A DNA stretch of 64,000 nt from Parcubacteria group bacterium Greene0416_36 (GCA_007375725.1 VMEV01000007.1:22895-86894); one strand, 5' to 3'; positions 1 to 9,361 are shown, counted from the first letter of the stretch. The notes: generated by a model not told the origin, from the sequence alone. Made by a program: numbers and translations.

Positions 1-539
1 ACGAATTTGGCGGGAGTCCAATCCATTTTGCCTCGGCAGAACCGAACGAAATCACCCAGAGTCTCGACCGGAAAGATATCGATGCCCTCCAAAACCGAGG
101 CCTCTTCGGCATTATCGCGGGGCAAAAAGATGCGGGTGCATCCCATTTTCTTGGCCGAGAGAACGATGGGAAGCACGCCCGCCACCGCGCGCAATTTCCC
201 CTCCAAGGATAATTCTCCCAACAGAAGCGCATTGTCCGAATCCTCCCACCGAAGCTGGCCCGCGGCTTGGAGAATCGACGCCGCAATCGCCAGATCATAC
301 GAAGTCCCATATTTTTTGAGATACGCGGGCGCCAGATTCACGATCACCCGAGAACGCGGAAATGAAAAGCCGCTGTTCTTAATCGCGCCCCGCACCCGTT
401 CCTTGGCTTCATCAATCGATTTATCAGCCAATCCCACGATAAAAAACGCCGCCTGCCCAGCCGAAGAGTCCGCCTCCACATCCACGAGCTCCGCCTCCAG
501 TCCCACCAAAGACGCCGAATACACTTTGCCCCAGCCCAT
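1..539 (-). CDS. comM: YifB/ComM family Mg-chelatase-like AAA+ ATPase, N-terminal part (truncated by window edge)
   Basis: Manual minus-strand translation from ATG 539: MGWGKVYSASLVGLEAELVDVEAD...IVGLADKSIDEAKERVRGAIKNSGFSFPRSRVIVNLAPA...YDLAIA...GELSLEG, typical ComM N-terminus. The + ORF 7..552 is its shadow. Confidence 0.93.
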   Translation of the reverse strand, partial: MGWGKVYSASLVGLEAELVDVEADSSAGQAAFFIVGLADKSIDEAKERVRGAIKNSGFSFPRSRVIVNLAPAYLKKYGTSYDLAIAASILQAAGQLRWEDSDNALLLGELSLEGKLRAVAGVLPIVLSAKKMGCTRIFLPRDNAEEASVLEGIDIFPVETLGDFVRFCRGKMDWTPAKF

Positions 540-572
540 ACGAAAGATCTAAATAATAAAAAAATCGATCAA

Positions 573-673
573 AAATCGATTCTCAACTGGGGCGAAATTT
601 CTCTCTCCGAAAATTTCTAAATGTGTTTTATTTCTATTCAAAATTACAGGATCTATTTTTTTTTGGCAAATAA
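573..673. repeat. Direct repeat A copy 1 (contains predicted comM promoter)
   Basis: Core TTTATTTCTATTCAAAATTACAGGATCTA (627-655) matches 2730-2758 at 28/29; both flanks also align with 2687-2776. Confidence 0.9.
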
Positions 674-696
674 AATTTAAAAGAACTTCACCCCCA

Positions 697-1614
697 TTAG
701 GAAGCCCTATCAATAAGACTCGCATCAACTAGCTGAGGATATTGATATAAAATACTCATTATATCTCGAATATTTTGATTGGGATGAATGGCTAGAATTT
801 TTGATTCTATGTCAGTGAGTATGACGAGTGTCACCTCACCTCTTCTTACTTGGCTGGAAGATAAACCTAATTGTTCCACAACCTCCGATTTCTCCGGATC
901 AATCTCATAATACCATCCTCCCATAGCAATAGTCTTTTCAATATAATAGCCACATTCGTAATAAGGACAACCGGAGGAACCTGATGGCTTATTTCTGATT
1001 AAATAAACAGAAAAGAGATGCCGAATATCCTCACTATTCGCCACACTTTTCATTATTTCCTCCGGCAGAAACGGCAATGGTTCCCCCACCTTCAATGGTC
1101 CCAGCTGAGATATTCCTTCTAGCAAACTAAAATCCGCCAGCTCCGGATGGAATTGTAATACCTTCGAAAGGTCGCTCATCCCAGCATCAGGATATAAACC
1201 TACAATTTCCGATTCTCTATTCGTAACAATCATAAGAGAAGAATAGCCAGTACTCCATAGCTCTTCTCGATTTATTTCCACCCCAAATAATTCATCCAGG
1301 TCGGATATCCCGCTTCCCGCAAACCATCCACCCATGCTTCCAACCATAGCTCCCCCTAAACCACACTCATCAAAAAAACAATTATAAACGATGTCTTGGC
1401 TATAAAAATTGATATAAAATCTCGACGGAGGAATTTTCTTATAAGCATCACGGATTTCATATCCCGGATGAAAATTGGGAGGTGCAGTGACACCCACCCT
1501 AAGAGTACCGAAATGTGAAACACCTTTAAAATCTCCAGAGGATATAAACAAAAATACACAGCCAAAAAGAAGACAAATCAATAATGCCAATGAAATTTTG
1601 AGAGGATATTTCAT
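697..1614 (-). CDS. Membrane-anchored/exported protein with two tandem redoxin-like repeats; putative immunity protein
   Basis: N-terminal hydrophobic helix; internal duplication LRVGVTAP..CFFDECG..GGW..HPELAD / LKVGEPLP..CPYYECG..GGW..YPQLVD; ATG 1614 just after the upstream stop (track start TTG 1629). Confidence 0.7.
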   Translation of the reverse strand: MKYPLKISLALLICLLFGCVFLFISSGDFKGVSHFGTLRVGVTAPPNFHPGYEIRDAYKKIPPSRFYINFYSQDIVYNCFFDECGLGGAMVGSMGGWFAGSGISDLDELFGVEINREELWSTGYSSLMIVTNRESEIVGLYPDAGMSDLSKVLQFHPELADFSLLEGISQLGPLKVGEPLPFLPEEIMKSVANSEDIRHLFSVYLIRNKPSGSSGCPYYECGYYIEKTIAMGGWYYEIDPEKSEVVEQLGLSSSQVRRGEVTLVILTDIESKILAIHPNQNIRDIMSILYQYPQLVDASLIDRAS

Positions 1615-1618
1615 AGAC

Positions 1619-2581
1619 TTAAGCAACAACCTCTAAAACTCCAATACTTTTCGAATCTCCTTTCCTTGCGACTATAAGAGTATTGAATAATTCATCCCAT
1701 CGTTCTACTTCTGGAATAGTAATGCACCCCGCCGTTACTCGCCCCGGATGCAAGTAACGTGCATCTTTATAATCATGGCCAATATGAAACCACACCAGCG
1801 CCTTTGTCGCTCTGTCCAAATACGTCCTGCCAAGCTTATGTGGATGATCAGGGATTTCTACATCATAAAATCCCTTGTCCCATGATTGTCCAAGGTAGGG
1901 CACCACTTTATATATTTGTCCTTTCACTTTAAGTTTTTGTTCGGAAATGGAATAGATAAGTTCAGCAGGCCCAGTGTGCAAATTGTTTAATATAAAATGA
2001 GACGAACCATCCTCTTTCAATCTGACAGATGCTCGTTGCCCTTGAAGAAGTCCTTCCAAAATCAAAAAATAGTCTCGTTTCGCTTCCGTATAACGAAACA
2101 AAATCTTGAGATACTCTGGGACCGATTCTTCAGTGCCATCCTCCATCTTTACTCGTAAAAATCCATTATCCTGCTTTCCAATATATCTAATAGAATCAAC
2201 GACTTCAAGATAGAGAACCACCTCAAACCGAGCCTCCGATCCTTCAGTTAGCCCCCTAAACTCGTGGACTTTTACCATGCGAGTAACCTGTTGTGGGGTA
2301 GAACTCTCCAGATCAAATTTTATTAAAAACTGTTCGACTCCCACATCATTAAACACAAGGTCTCTTTCGATAATTTTTAAAGTGACCGAAAAAACAAGAT
2401 TTGATTGATCAACGCGAAGTCTCCCGATTTCTTTGTGAATCTGAGAAGTCGTGCCATTTTTTATTTTTTTATTGAGGCCAAAAAAAATCCCAAAACCCTC
2501 TATCTCTATTCGGATATCACTACCAATGGATTTACCAGAATATTTTATAGAGACCAAAGTACAAACAAGATCTTTTACCAT
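1619..2581 (-). CDS. Protein with C-terminal Tlde1/DUF2778-like L,D-transpeptidase-fold domain
   Basis: C-terminal RYLHPGRVTAGCITI resembles the HxG..(S/T)xGC catalytic motif; no signal peptide; AT-rich. Confidence 0.65.
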   Translation of the reverse strand: MVKDLVCTLVSIKYSGKSIGSDIRIEIEGFGIFFGLNKKIKNGTTSQIHKEIGRLRVDQSNLVFSVTLKIIERDLVFNDVGVEQFLIKFDLESSTPQQVTRMVKVHEFRGLTEGSEARFEVVLYLEVVDSIRYIGKQDNGFLRVKMEDGTEESVPEYLKILFRYTEAKRDYFLILEGLLQGQRASVRLKEDGSSHFILNNLHTGPAELIYSISEQKLKVKGQIYKVVPYLGQSWDKGFYDVEIPDHPHKLGRTYLDRATKALVWFHIGHDYKDARYLHPGRVTAGCITIPEVERWDELFNTLIVARKGDSKSIGVLEVVA

Positions 2582-2686
2582 ATATTTTAATTTTGTTTTT
2601 TATTACTTTATGTGGGAGAATTATTTTGTGCTAATTATAGCATTTTAATACAAAAGAGTTCAATAAAAACACAAAAAACCAATTTC

Positions 2687-2776
2687 AAATCGGTTCTTAA
2701 CTCGGGACAAAGATTTTCTACACACATGCTTTATTTCTATTTAAAATTACAGGATCTAAAAAAAATAGGCAAATAA
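2687..2776. repeat. Direct repeat A copy 2
   Basis: Diverged copy of 573-673. Confidence 0.9.
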
Positions 2777-2796
2777 CTGCTTGTTGTCCGGCAAGG

Positions 2797-3243
2797 CTAG
2801 TACCTATTACGCCCCCGCCAATCCCTATAAATCCAGCTCACCACGCCGCAAAAGATGAGGATATCAGCGATATTGATGATGGAGGAGCGCCAAGATCCCC
2901 AGGAGATGGCAAGATAATCGACGACATAGCCGTGAGCGAGTCGGTCGGAGAGGTTGGTCGCGGCGCCCAGAAGAATCGCCACAAAACTGAGCCGATAGGG
3001 TCGATTGTCGATACGATGGGAGAAAAACAAATAACAAATGACAGCTAAAATCAAAAAATTAAAAAACAAAATAAGCCTGCTCGAAAGCGGAATCCCAAAG
3101 GCAAGGTTATAATTGGCAAAAGAGGTGAATTCTAAAGTAAAAGGACCCAAGTTGGACAGCGTAACGGTAAAATCCAATCCCAAGACCGACCACTTGATGC
3201 ACTGATCTATCAAAATCGAAAGAATCAGAACCCAATAGAGCAT
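2797..3243 (-). CDS. lspA: Lipoprotein signal peptidase II
   Basis: DQCIK, NYNLAFG, GAATNLSDRLAHGYVVDY, NIAD motifs; four TM segments. Confidence 0.92.
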   Translation of the reverse strand: MLYWVLILSILIDQCIKWSVLGLDFTVTLSNLGPFTLEFTSFANYNLAFGIPLSSRLILFFNFLILAVICYLFFSHRIDNRPYRLSFVAILLGAATNLSDRLAHGYVVDYLAISWGSWRSSIINIADILIFCGVVSWIYRDWRGRNRY

Positions 3244-3246
3244 GTA

Positions 3247-3618
3247 TTAAATCTTTAATTTCTCCTTGCATGCCACGCAGTAGTTTGAAGCGGGACGAGC
3301 GATCATTCGAGCGGAAGGGATTTCTTTCCCGCATTCCATGCAAAGGCCATAATTTCCCTTCTCTAGGCGGCCCAAAGCCTTTACCACGCCCTGCAAGGTC
3401 GTCTCGAGCACTTTCTCGAGAGCCAAGCGGTTCTCAAACAGCTCAACCTCCAAGGCATTATCCTCCTCAGTATCCCCCAGATTCAAAAAATCCGCGTCAT
3501 AATCATTTTTTGCCGCGGTTTTATGGCTAAATTCGGCGAGTTCCTTTTCCAACTTCGCCTTATGCGCCAATAATTTCTTCTTGATCTCGACTAAGACTTT
3601 AGGTTCTAGATGCTTCAT
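3247..3618 (-). CDS. TraR/DksA family C4 zinc-finger regulator
   Basis: Coiled coil plus YGLCMECGKEIPSARMIARPASNYCVAC. Confidence 0.92.
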   Translation of the reverse strand: MKHLEPKVLVEIKKKLLAHKAKLEKELAEFSHKTAAKNDYDADFLNLGDTEEDNALEVELFENRLALEKVLETTLQGVVKALGRLEKGNYGLCMECGKEIPSARMIARPASNYCVACKEKLKI

Positions 3619-3728
3619 ATATTTAGAATTTATAGAAGAAAATTTTAAAAAAAGATTTTAACCAAATTTTGAACCCAATCCTGAAAACTGAAAGCTAATA
3701 ACTGATAGCTTTTCCTAAAAGCAGCTAC

Positions 3729-3757
3729 AGTATATAAAAAGATGTAAGGTCTGACAA
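3729..3757 (-). promoter_or_regulatory. sigma70 promoter for TraR/DksA-lspA
   Basis: TTGTCA-17-TATACT on the minus strand. Confidence 0.7.
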
Positions 3758-3784
3758 ATAAGTCATTTAAAAAATTGCCATAAA

Positions 3785-4512
3785 AAGTTTAAAGGCGTCA
3801 CGAGCAAATGTGCAAACCCGAAAATAAATTTTTTGGTTGCTTATTGCTTTTTTTGTGACGCCTTTGGTTGCTCTCTTTTTGTTCCCTTCCTAAGATGATG
3901 AGATGTCAATGACTGAGTCATGCACCATCTGGCCATCTAAAAGGCTGAGAATCGAGCGGAGCTATTCTCGTCTAGGAAAGGAGAACCCCTTTCTCAAACG
4001 AGATGCTTTTTAGTCGAATTTTTTTAAGAAGTAATTATTACTTCTCTATTCGAATCTAAATAAGACTTTTTATTTTTTCTATTTGGTTTTTGTTTTTCCA
4101 AAGAACCTAGCTGGCTGCGATCATATATTGTATTCGATCACAGCCTCTTTTTGAATCCGAATTTATTTCATTCGGATTGTTGTTCAGAAAACAAGCTCTT
4201 GTGGCTCTTGCGTGCCAAACAACAATCCGAAACGGCTTCAAAAAATGTTGCTTTTTTACTTCTATTATTTCTACACCTTGTAGATTTTGTTGATTTTTCT
4301 TCTATAGGGTTCCTTCTCGGAACTTTTTTTCTATAAAAGCCTATCAATAAAATCCTTCTCTAATAAAGGTACAAATTTCCTCCTTCTTCAAAAGAACACT
4401 TTTTTCCAAAAAGAACTTCTATATGATTCTGTCTTTCGCTCCCCCTTATCCCAATGTCTCATCCATTCGTGATCGCGAATGGAATGTCCGACAATTCGGC
4501 AATCTGCAATAT
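3785..4512 (-). ncRNA. Candidate large structured non-coding RNA (~730 nt), class unknown
   Basis: No minus-strand ORF of 60 aa or more; promoter at 4519-4547; more than 10 hairpins including nested stems; terminal 11-bp stem 3791-3801/3855-3865. Confidence 0.65.
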
Positions 4513-4518
4513 GAATAC

Positions 4519-4547
4519 ATTATACCAACCTATTCCACCTGGGTCAA
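4519..4547 (-). promoter_or_regulatory. Near-consensus sigma70 promoter driving the candidate ncRNA
   Basis: TTGACC(4547-4542)-17 nt-TATAAT(4524-4519). Confidence 0.8.
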
Positions 4548-4598
4548 AATTCACACATGATCAAACAAAAAAGGCCTTATAAACAAGGACAAAAATAT

Positions 4599-4628
4599 TT
4601 ATCAACACAGTATCCACTTTATCCACAA
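4599..4628 (+). promoter_or_regulatory. Three tandem DnaA-box-like 9-mers
   Basis: TTATCAACA, GTATCCACT, TTATCCACA (the last is perfect). Confidence 0.55.
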
Positions 4629-4633
4629 CCTGT

Positions 4634-5869
4634 TTATTGCCCCAAAAAACAAAAAGTGAAAAAGTTGTGGCTCCACACGGCCTTCCATCCCCGATCTATG
4701 CCCGAAAAAGATATTGACGGCAAATAAGAAGCGCTATTGCAAGACCTAAAATAAGGCTCATTCTCGATCACCTTGGAATAAACATGGAATTCATTTTCAT
4801 CTTCATGGTAAAAAATCGGCAAGGCCTCGCCCAAACGAGACAATTGCAGTCCATCGGCACCCGGAATCCACTCCAAATTCGCAGGATTAGCCCTCAAAAT
4901 CGGGACAATATTTCCATGTCCCCCTTTTATTTCTTCCCGCGATGGATATAAAAAGGAGGATAACGATTTAATATTTTTCAAAAAAACCTCCTTATTCAAA
5001 TCTTTTTTGTCCAATACTCCCCACGCCAAATCAAAATCCATCTCACCGACCGCTGAAATATCCCAATCCATTTTTGTCACGGTTCCTAAGATCTGATCAA
5101 TAAAATCCGTGGAAAATAAAAAAGTCAAGCCCGCTCCGGAATCACTCAAATATTGGACATACAAAGGATCATTATTTTTAAAATGATTGAATAGTTTGGA
5201 AATAGAAATGTCGCCAGTGGAATAAGCCTTGAAATCTAGACGATTCCCGGCTTGAACCTTCCCTGAAAAATAGAATTTCTCGCCGCTGTCCAATAATGCG
5301 GATAGGGAAATCTCGGGCAAGTCCGAATCAGCTGGTTTCATCTTGCCGCCCCGAATCATGCCGCCAAAAGAATCATTCCAAAATAATCCCAGCGGCTCCC
5401 ACGTGAAATCGAAAAAGAGACGCGAAGGATCATCAAAAATAATCGGCCGAGGAGAAGCCATCACAATGCGGCCTTTTCTTTCCACCACCCAATTTGGATA
5501 GTGCCGAGAGAAAAATCGCATTACAGCAGACTCATCATTCGGATGAGTATAGACTACCGGAACCCACTCGTTTTCAACTTGATAAACAGCAATGGCTCCG
5601 GATCTGGAAACACTCAGCCCCTCTAAAAAATAATTGATATTTTCAATGCCGACTAATTCCGCCAGCCTGCCTTCAAAAGGAAATAGGTCTTCGGGCCGGT
5701 CTATACGTATATAACCCACCCAATCCTGGGGCAAATAGCGCAGGAAAGGATCCCAAAAAAATTTCGCTAAAACCCAAGCCAACAAAATCAAACCAACAAA
5801 AAAAACAGCGGCAATGATCTTAGCCGCCCGAGGTGAAAACTTCGAGTGAATGGAGTGAATTTCGATCAT
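4634..5869 (-). CDS. Hypothetical membrane-anchored protein
   Basis: 411-aa ORF with single N-terminal TM helix. Confidence 0.75.
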   Translation of the reverse strand: MIEIHSIHSKFSPRAAKIIAAVFFVGLILLAWVLAKFFWDPFLRYLPQDWVGYIRIDRPEDLFPFEGRLAELVGIENINYFLEGLSVSRSGAIAVYQVENEWVPVVYTHPNDESAVMRFFSRHYPNWVVERKGRIVMASPRPIIFDDPSRLFFDFTWEPLGLFWNDSFGGMIRGGKMKPADSDLPEISLSALLDSGEKFYFSGKVQAGNRLDFKAYSTGDISISKLFNHFKNNDPLYVQYLSDSGAGLTFLFSTDFIDQILGTVTKMDWDISAVGEMDFDLAWGVLDKKDLNKEVFLKNIKSLSSFLYPSREEIKGGHGNIVPILRANPANLEWIPGADGLQLSRLGEALPIFYHEDENEFHVYSKVIENEPYFRSCNSASYLPSISFSGIDRGWKAVWSHNFFTFCFLGQ

Positions 5870-5876
5870 ATTTTAC

Positions 5877-6977
5877 CTAAGCATACAAAGACTCGATAGA
5901 AGACACAATATTCTCCCAATTATAATCCTTGGCCGCGATCGTATAAGAAGCGGTGGCTTTCTGGGCCACGACTTGGGGATAGTCCAACACATATTGGAGT
6001 TTAGCCGCGAGATCCGCCACATTTTTGGACTCAAAACTGACTCCCTCATCTCCCACAACCTCCAGATTCTCGGGAATATTGCTTATAACCGAGCACTTGC
6101 CCATTTTCATGGCTTCGAGCAAGGCCACGGATAAACCTTCAGCCTCAGAGGGCTGGACGAACACATAAGCATTTTGAAACACTTCCAAAAGATGATCGCC
6201 CGAAAGGGATCCAGTAAAAATAATATTCGAATCTCCCGCGGCTTTATCCAAAAGCAATTGTTTGTAAGAATCGGTATAAGAGGCATCGCCAACCAAAACT
6301 AATTTCTTATCGGTTTTGAGCTGGCGATAGGCGTCGATCAAATAATGAAGTCCCTTGTGCTGAACAAAACGACTCACCGCCACAAAATATTCATTGGGGC
6401 GAAGATTCCATTTTGCAAGCTCAGAACCGGCCGTGATTTTTTTGAAATCAGGCACACCATTGGGAATATAGTCAGACTCGCGGCCATACGTACCCCGCAC
6501 ATATTGCTGGATCGTTTTGGACACAGCGATAATCCGGTGGGCCAAACGACACAGCATCCACTCGCCCAAATGAAGGTAAGCGCGCGCCAAAAGCCCCCAT
6601 TTCTGGTGCTTATAATCCTGACAATGAAAAGTGGCAATCACCTTAGCCGTTGGTTTGAAGATTCGAGGAATCCAAAGAAGAGAAGAAGGACCGATGGCAT
6701 GATAATGCACCACATCCGCCTTCCGGAAAAGCACATGAACACTGGCCAAAAATGTATGGACAATCGCTTCCAAATGCTTAGAATAAATCGTGGGCAAATA
6801 AATCAGATTCACCCCCTTATACAAAGTCACAGACTTCCCCTTGGAATAGCCGGCACGACAATAAACGTAGACACTATGTCCACGCTCGGCCAAACGAATG
6901 GCCAACTCATCCACATGCCGCTCGACACCTCCCGACAGCGCCGGGATGCCCTTTTGTCCAATCATGTAAACCCGCAT
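5877..6977 (-). CDS. Glycosyltransferase family 4
   Basis: GIPALSGGVERH, IPNG, VFVQPSEAEGLSVALLEAM GT-B motifs. Confidence 0.93.
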   Translation of the reverse strand: MRVYMIGQKGIPALSGGVERHVDELAIRLAERGHSVYVYCRAGYSKGKSVTLYKGVNLIYLPTIYSKHLEAIVHTFLASVHVLFRKADVVHYHAIGPSSLLWIPRIFKPTAKVIATFHCQDYKHQKWGLLARAYLHLGEWMLCRLAHRIIAVSKTIQQYVRGTYGRESDYIPNGVPDFKKITAGSELAKWNLRPNEYFVAVSRFVQHKGLHYLIDAYRQLKTDKKLVLVGDASYTDSYKQLLLDKAAGDSNIIFTGSLSGDHLLEVFQNAYVFVQPSEAEGLSVALLEAMKMGKCSVISNIPENLEVVGDEGVSFESKNVADLAAKLQYVLDYPQVVAQKATASYTIAAKDYNWENIVSSIESLYA

Positions 6978-7032
6978 AAAATAAGGAGAAAGTTAATCTA
7001 AAGATTATAACAGGAAATAGGAAAGAAATCAA

Positions 7033-7080
7033 CCCTACTTCGCTCATTTGATGGCTAAAGCCATCAAGAGCTACGCAGGG
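7033..7080. repeat. CTTCGCTC...GAGCTACGC palindromic repeat (family T)
   Basis: CCCTACTTCGCTC-hairpin-GAGCTACGCAGGG, same ends as the tRNA-associated copies. Confidence 0.6.
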
Positions 7081-7225
7081 CAAGCTCTCTAAAATCTTTA
7101 TGGCGAAGTGGGAGGCAGGCCCCCACAAAAATATTATCCACACCTTTTCACCTTGCAAAAAAAATCCGGATTTCCTAATGTTATTTTCAGAAATAAAACA
7201 CGAGACGTCCCACTCACGTGTTTTT

Positions 7226-9361
7226 ATGTTTTCAAAAAAAATCATCGCCATGACGGTCTGGACAATCTTGGGATTGGCTCTTTTTCCGATACAAGCGAGT
7301 GCTGAATCCTCAATCCTTATTACTGAAATCCTACTGGAAACCACGGAGAATTCAAGAGAAGAATTCGTGGAGCTGTTTAACCCAACAAATGACGCAATCA
7401 ATCTCGAAAAATGGAAGCTCGTCAAAAAAACGGCCTCCGGGAGTACCCAAAACTTGATATCTGCTTTTCCAAATATCATCATTGAGCCACGCGGATATCT
7501 TTTGATTTCTTCGCCCGATTTTGGAAATTCATTTCTAGCAGATATCCTCTATTCCAACCAATCCACCACCTTGGCTAAAAATAATACGATTGAACTAATC
7601 GATCTCAATAGCGTGGTTGCGGATGAAGTTAGATGGGGTGAATTGAATTTCGCTGGAGAAAATCCAGCGATAAATCCAAATGCGGGGCAAAGTTTGGAAC
7701 GGAAAAAAAATACGGACGGTATTTTTGTCGATACCGATGACTCGCTGGCAGATTTTCAATTACAAACAACGCCGAATCCTCAAAATAAAAATACACCCGT
7801 AGAAACCTCTACCCCAATCATTCCACGGGACCCTATAGATCCAGTAGAGCCAGTGTCCCCTGAAAATCCGCCAATACCCAATCCACCCACGGCTCCGGCA
7901 CCACAATCCAATAGCACCCAAAGCAGCCCGACACTCTATCCATCAGGATCTCTCCTCATCAGCGAAATAGTCGTGGCTCCGGCAGAAGGAGACACGGAAT
8001 GGATCGAGCTGTACAACAATACCAATACCCACATGCGCCTGGGAAATTTCGTGGTCAAATATTCCACGCGAACCATTCCACTGGAAGGAATTCTGACTCC
8101 GAGAAGCTATTTCATTGTCCCGAATCTCAAGGGAAATCTGGCCAATGAAAAAGGCACTATTTCCATAGAACAATCAGGCATTCTGATGAGTCAGTTGCCC
8201 TATGGCGGAGATTCCGGAATTCTCGCGCCCAAAAAAGGACAAAGCCTCGCGCGCATTTTCGAGGGCATCGACACCGGAAGCAGCCTCAATGATTTTAGCC
8301 TTACCGACTCCCCAACAAAAGGGACGAAAAATAATATTTCGATAAAAGAAATATCCAGAGAAACAAAATCAGATTCTGAAATAATTGGGGATATTCTCAA
8401 TTCCAAAGAAATTCCCGCCCAAACGGAAACCAAAACCCAGCCCCAAAGAATCACCCAGATCAAAACAGAATCGATAAAAATCTCCACTCCTCTATTATCT
8501 GCAGATAATAAAATCAATTCTCCCGATCCACTCACCGACATAGCGCAATTATCGAAAGTCAAAAAAGAAATTCTCCTAGAATTATTGCCGTGGCTCCGGA
8601 CTCAAATCAATGAGCAAATCAAAAACTCCGTCCCAATATCTCAAACAAAAACAACAGCCGCGGCTAAAAAAAGAAGTCCACCCTCCATCCTGATTTCAGG
8701 AACCGTCTCAACCCTCCCCGGAGAAATACTCAAACGATCCTTTTTTCTGGAGCCGGATGGCTATGAAATAAATCTATCCAAAGGAGATTTCCCTGCCTTG
8801 AAAAGAGGACAGGTCGTGCACATAAAAACATCGGCCGACCCGGCAAACAAAAAAATCAAAATCACAAATCCAAATCAAATAAAAGTCAGTACCAAACAGG
8901 AAGAACTCACTCCAGAATTACTACCGATTGATCAAATCACTCAGGATTTATTGGGCAAACTTCTCGCGATCCAAGGCGAAGTCTTAGAGAAAAAAAATTC
9001 GAAATATCAGATCGGGGATACTCTAGGAGAAGTATGGGTTCAAATCTCCACGGCCCAAGCCCAAGACAAAAAGATAAAAGCGGGAGATACCCTCCAAATC
9101 GCAGGCATTCTGAGAAATAATCAAGCGAAAGAATTATTTTTACAGCTGCGAGATGCGGGCGATCTGACGAGCTGGATCCCCAATAAGAATCCTCAAGAAT
9201 CAATAGAATCAGACAATCAGGCAATATCACCCTCTAGCGGAAACAAATATGCCCAGCACCCTGCCCTGCTGATATTATCGTTATCTATAAATGGGATACT
9301 GATCGCATTCCAGATATTTAAAAAGCAACAAAATAACAAATCCCCCTTAATCCCCCTTTGA
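7226..9361 (+). CDS. Secreted lamin-tail-domain (x2) protein with OB folds and C-terminal anchor
   Basis: Signal peptide from MFSKK (ATG 7226); ILITEI..EEFVELFNPT and LLISEI..TEWIELYNNT LTD motifs; Pro-rich linker; C-terminal TM. Confidence 0.85.
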   Translation: MFSKKIIAMTVWTILGLALFPIQASAESSILITEILLETTENSREEFVELFNPTNDAINLEKWKLVKKTASGSTQNLISAFPNIIIEPRGYLLISSPDFGNSFLADILYSNQSTTLAKNNTIELIDLNSVVADEVRWGELNFAGENPAINPNAGQSLERKKNTDGIFVDTDDSLADFQLQTTPNPQNKNTPVETSTPIIPRDPIDPVEPVSPENPPIPNPPTAPAPQSNSTQSSPTLYPSGSLLISEIVVAPAEGDTEWIELYNNTNTHMRLGNFVVKYSTRTIPLEGILTPRSYFIVPNLKGNLANEKGTISIEQSGILMSQLPYGGDSGILAPKKGQSLARIFEGIDTGSSLNDFSLTDSPTKGTKNNISIKEISRETKSDSEIIGDILNSKEIPAQTETKTQPQRITQIKTESIKISTPLLSADNKINSPDPLTDIAQLSKVKKEILLELLPWLRTQINEQIKNSVPISQTKTTAAAKKRSPPSILISGTVSTLPGEILKRSFFLEPDGYEINLSKGDFPALKRGQVVHIKTSADPANKKIKITNPNQIKVSTKQEELTPELLPIDQITQDLLGKLLAIQGEVLEKKNSKYQIGDTLGEVWVQISTAQAQDKKIKAGDTLQIAGILRNNQAKELFLQLRDAGDLTSWIPNKNPQESIESDNQAISPSSGNKYAQHPALLILSLSINGILIAFQIFKKQQNNKSPLIPL

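Noticed and set aside
7-552. 181-aa + strand ORF
   Set aside because: Antisense shadow of comM
4151-4336. 61-aa + strand ORF in the non-coding region
   Set aside because: TTG start, no RBS, low-complexity product, antisense to the promoter
3785-4512. RNase P, tmRNA, group I/II intron, CRISPR array or DGR template
   Set aside because: No GAGGAAAGUCC core, tRNA-like ends, domain V, regular repeat-spacer pattern or similarity to the 44.9-kb VR seen
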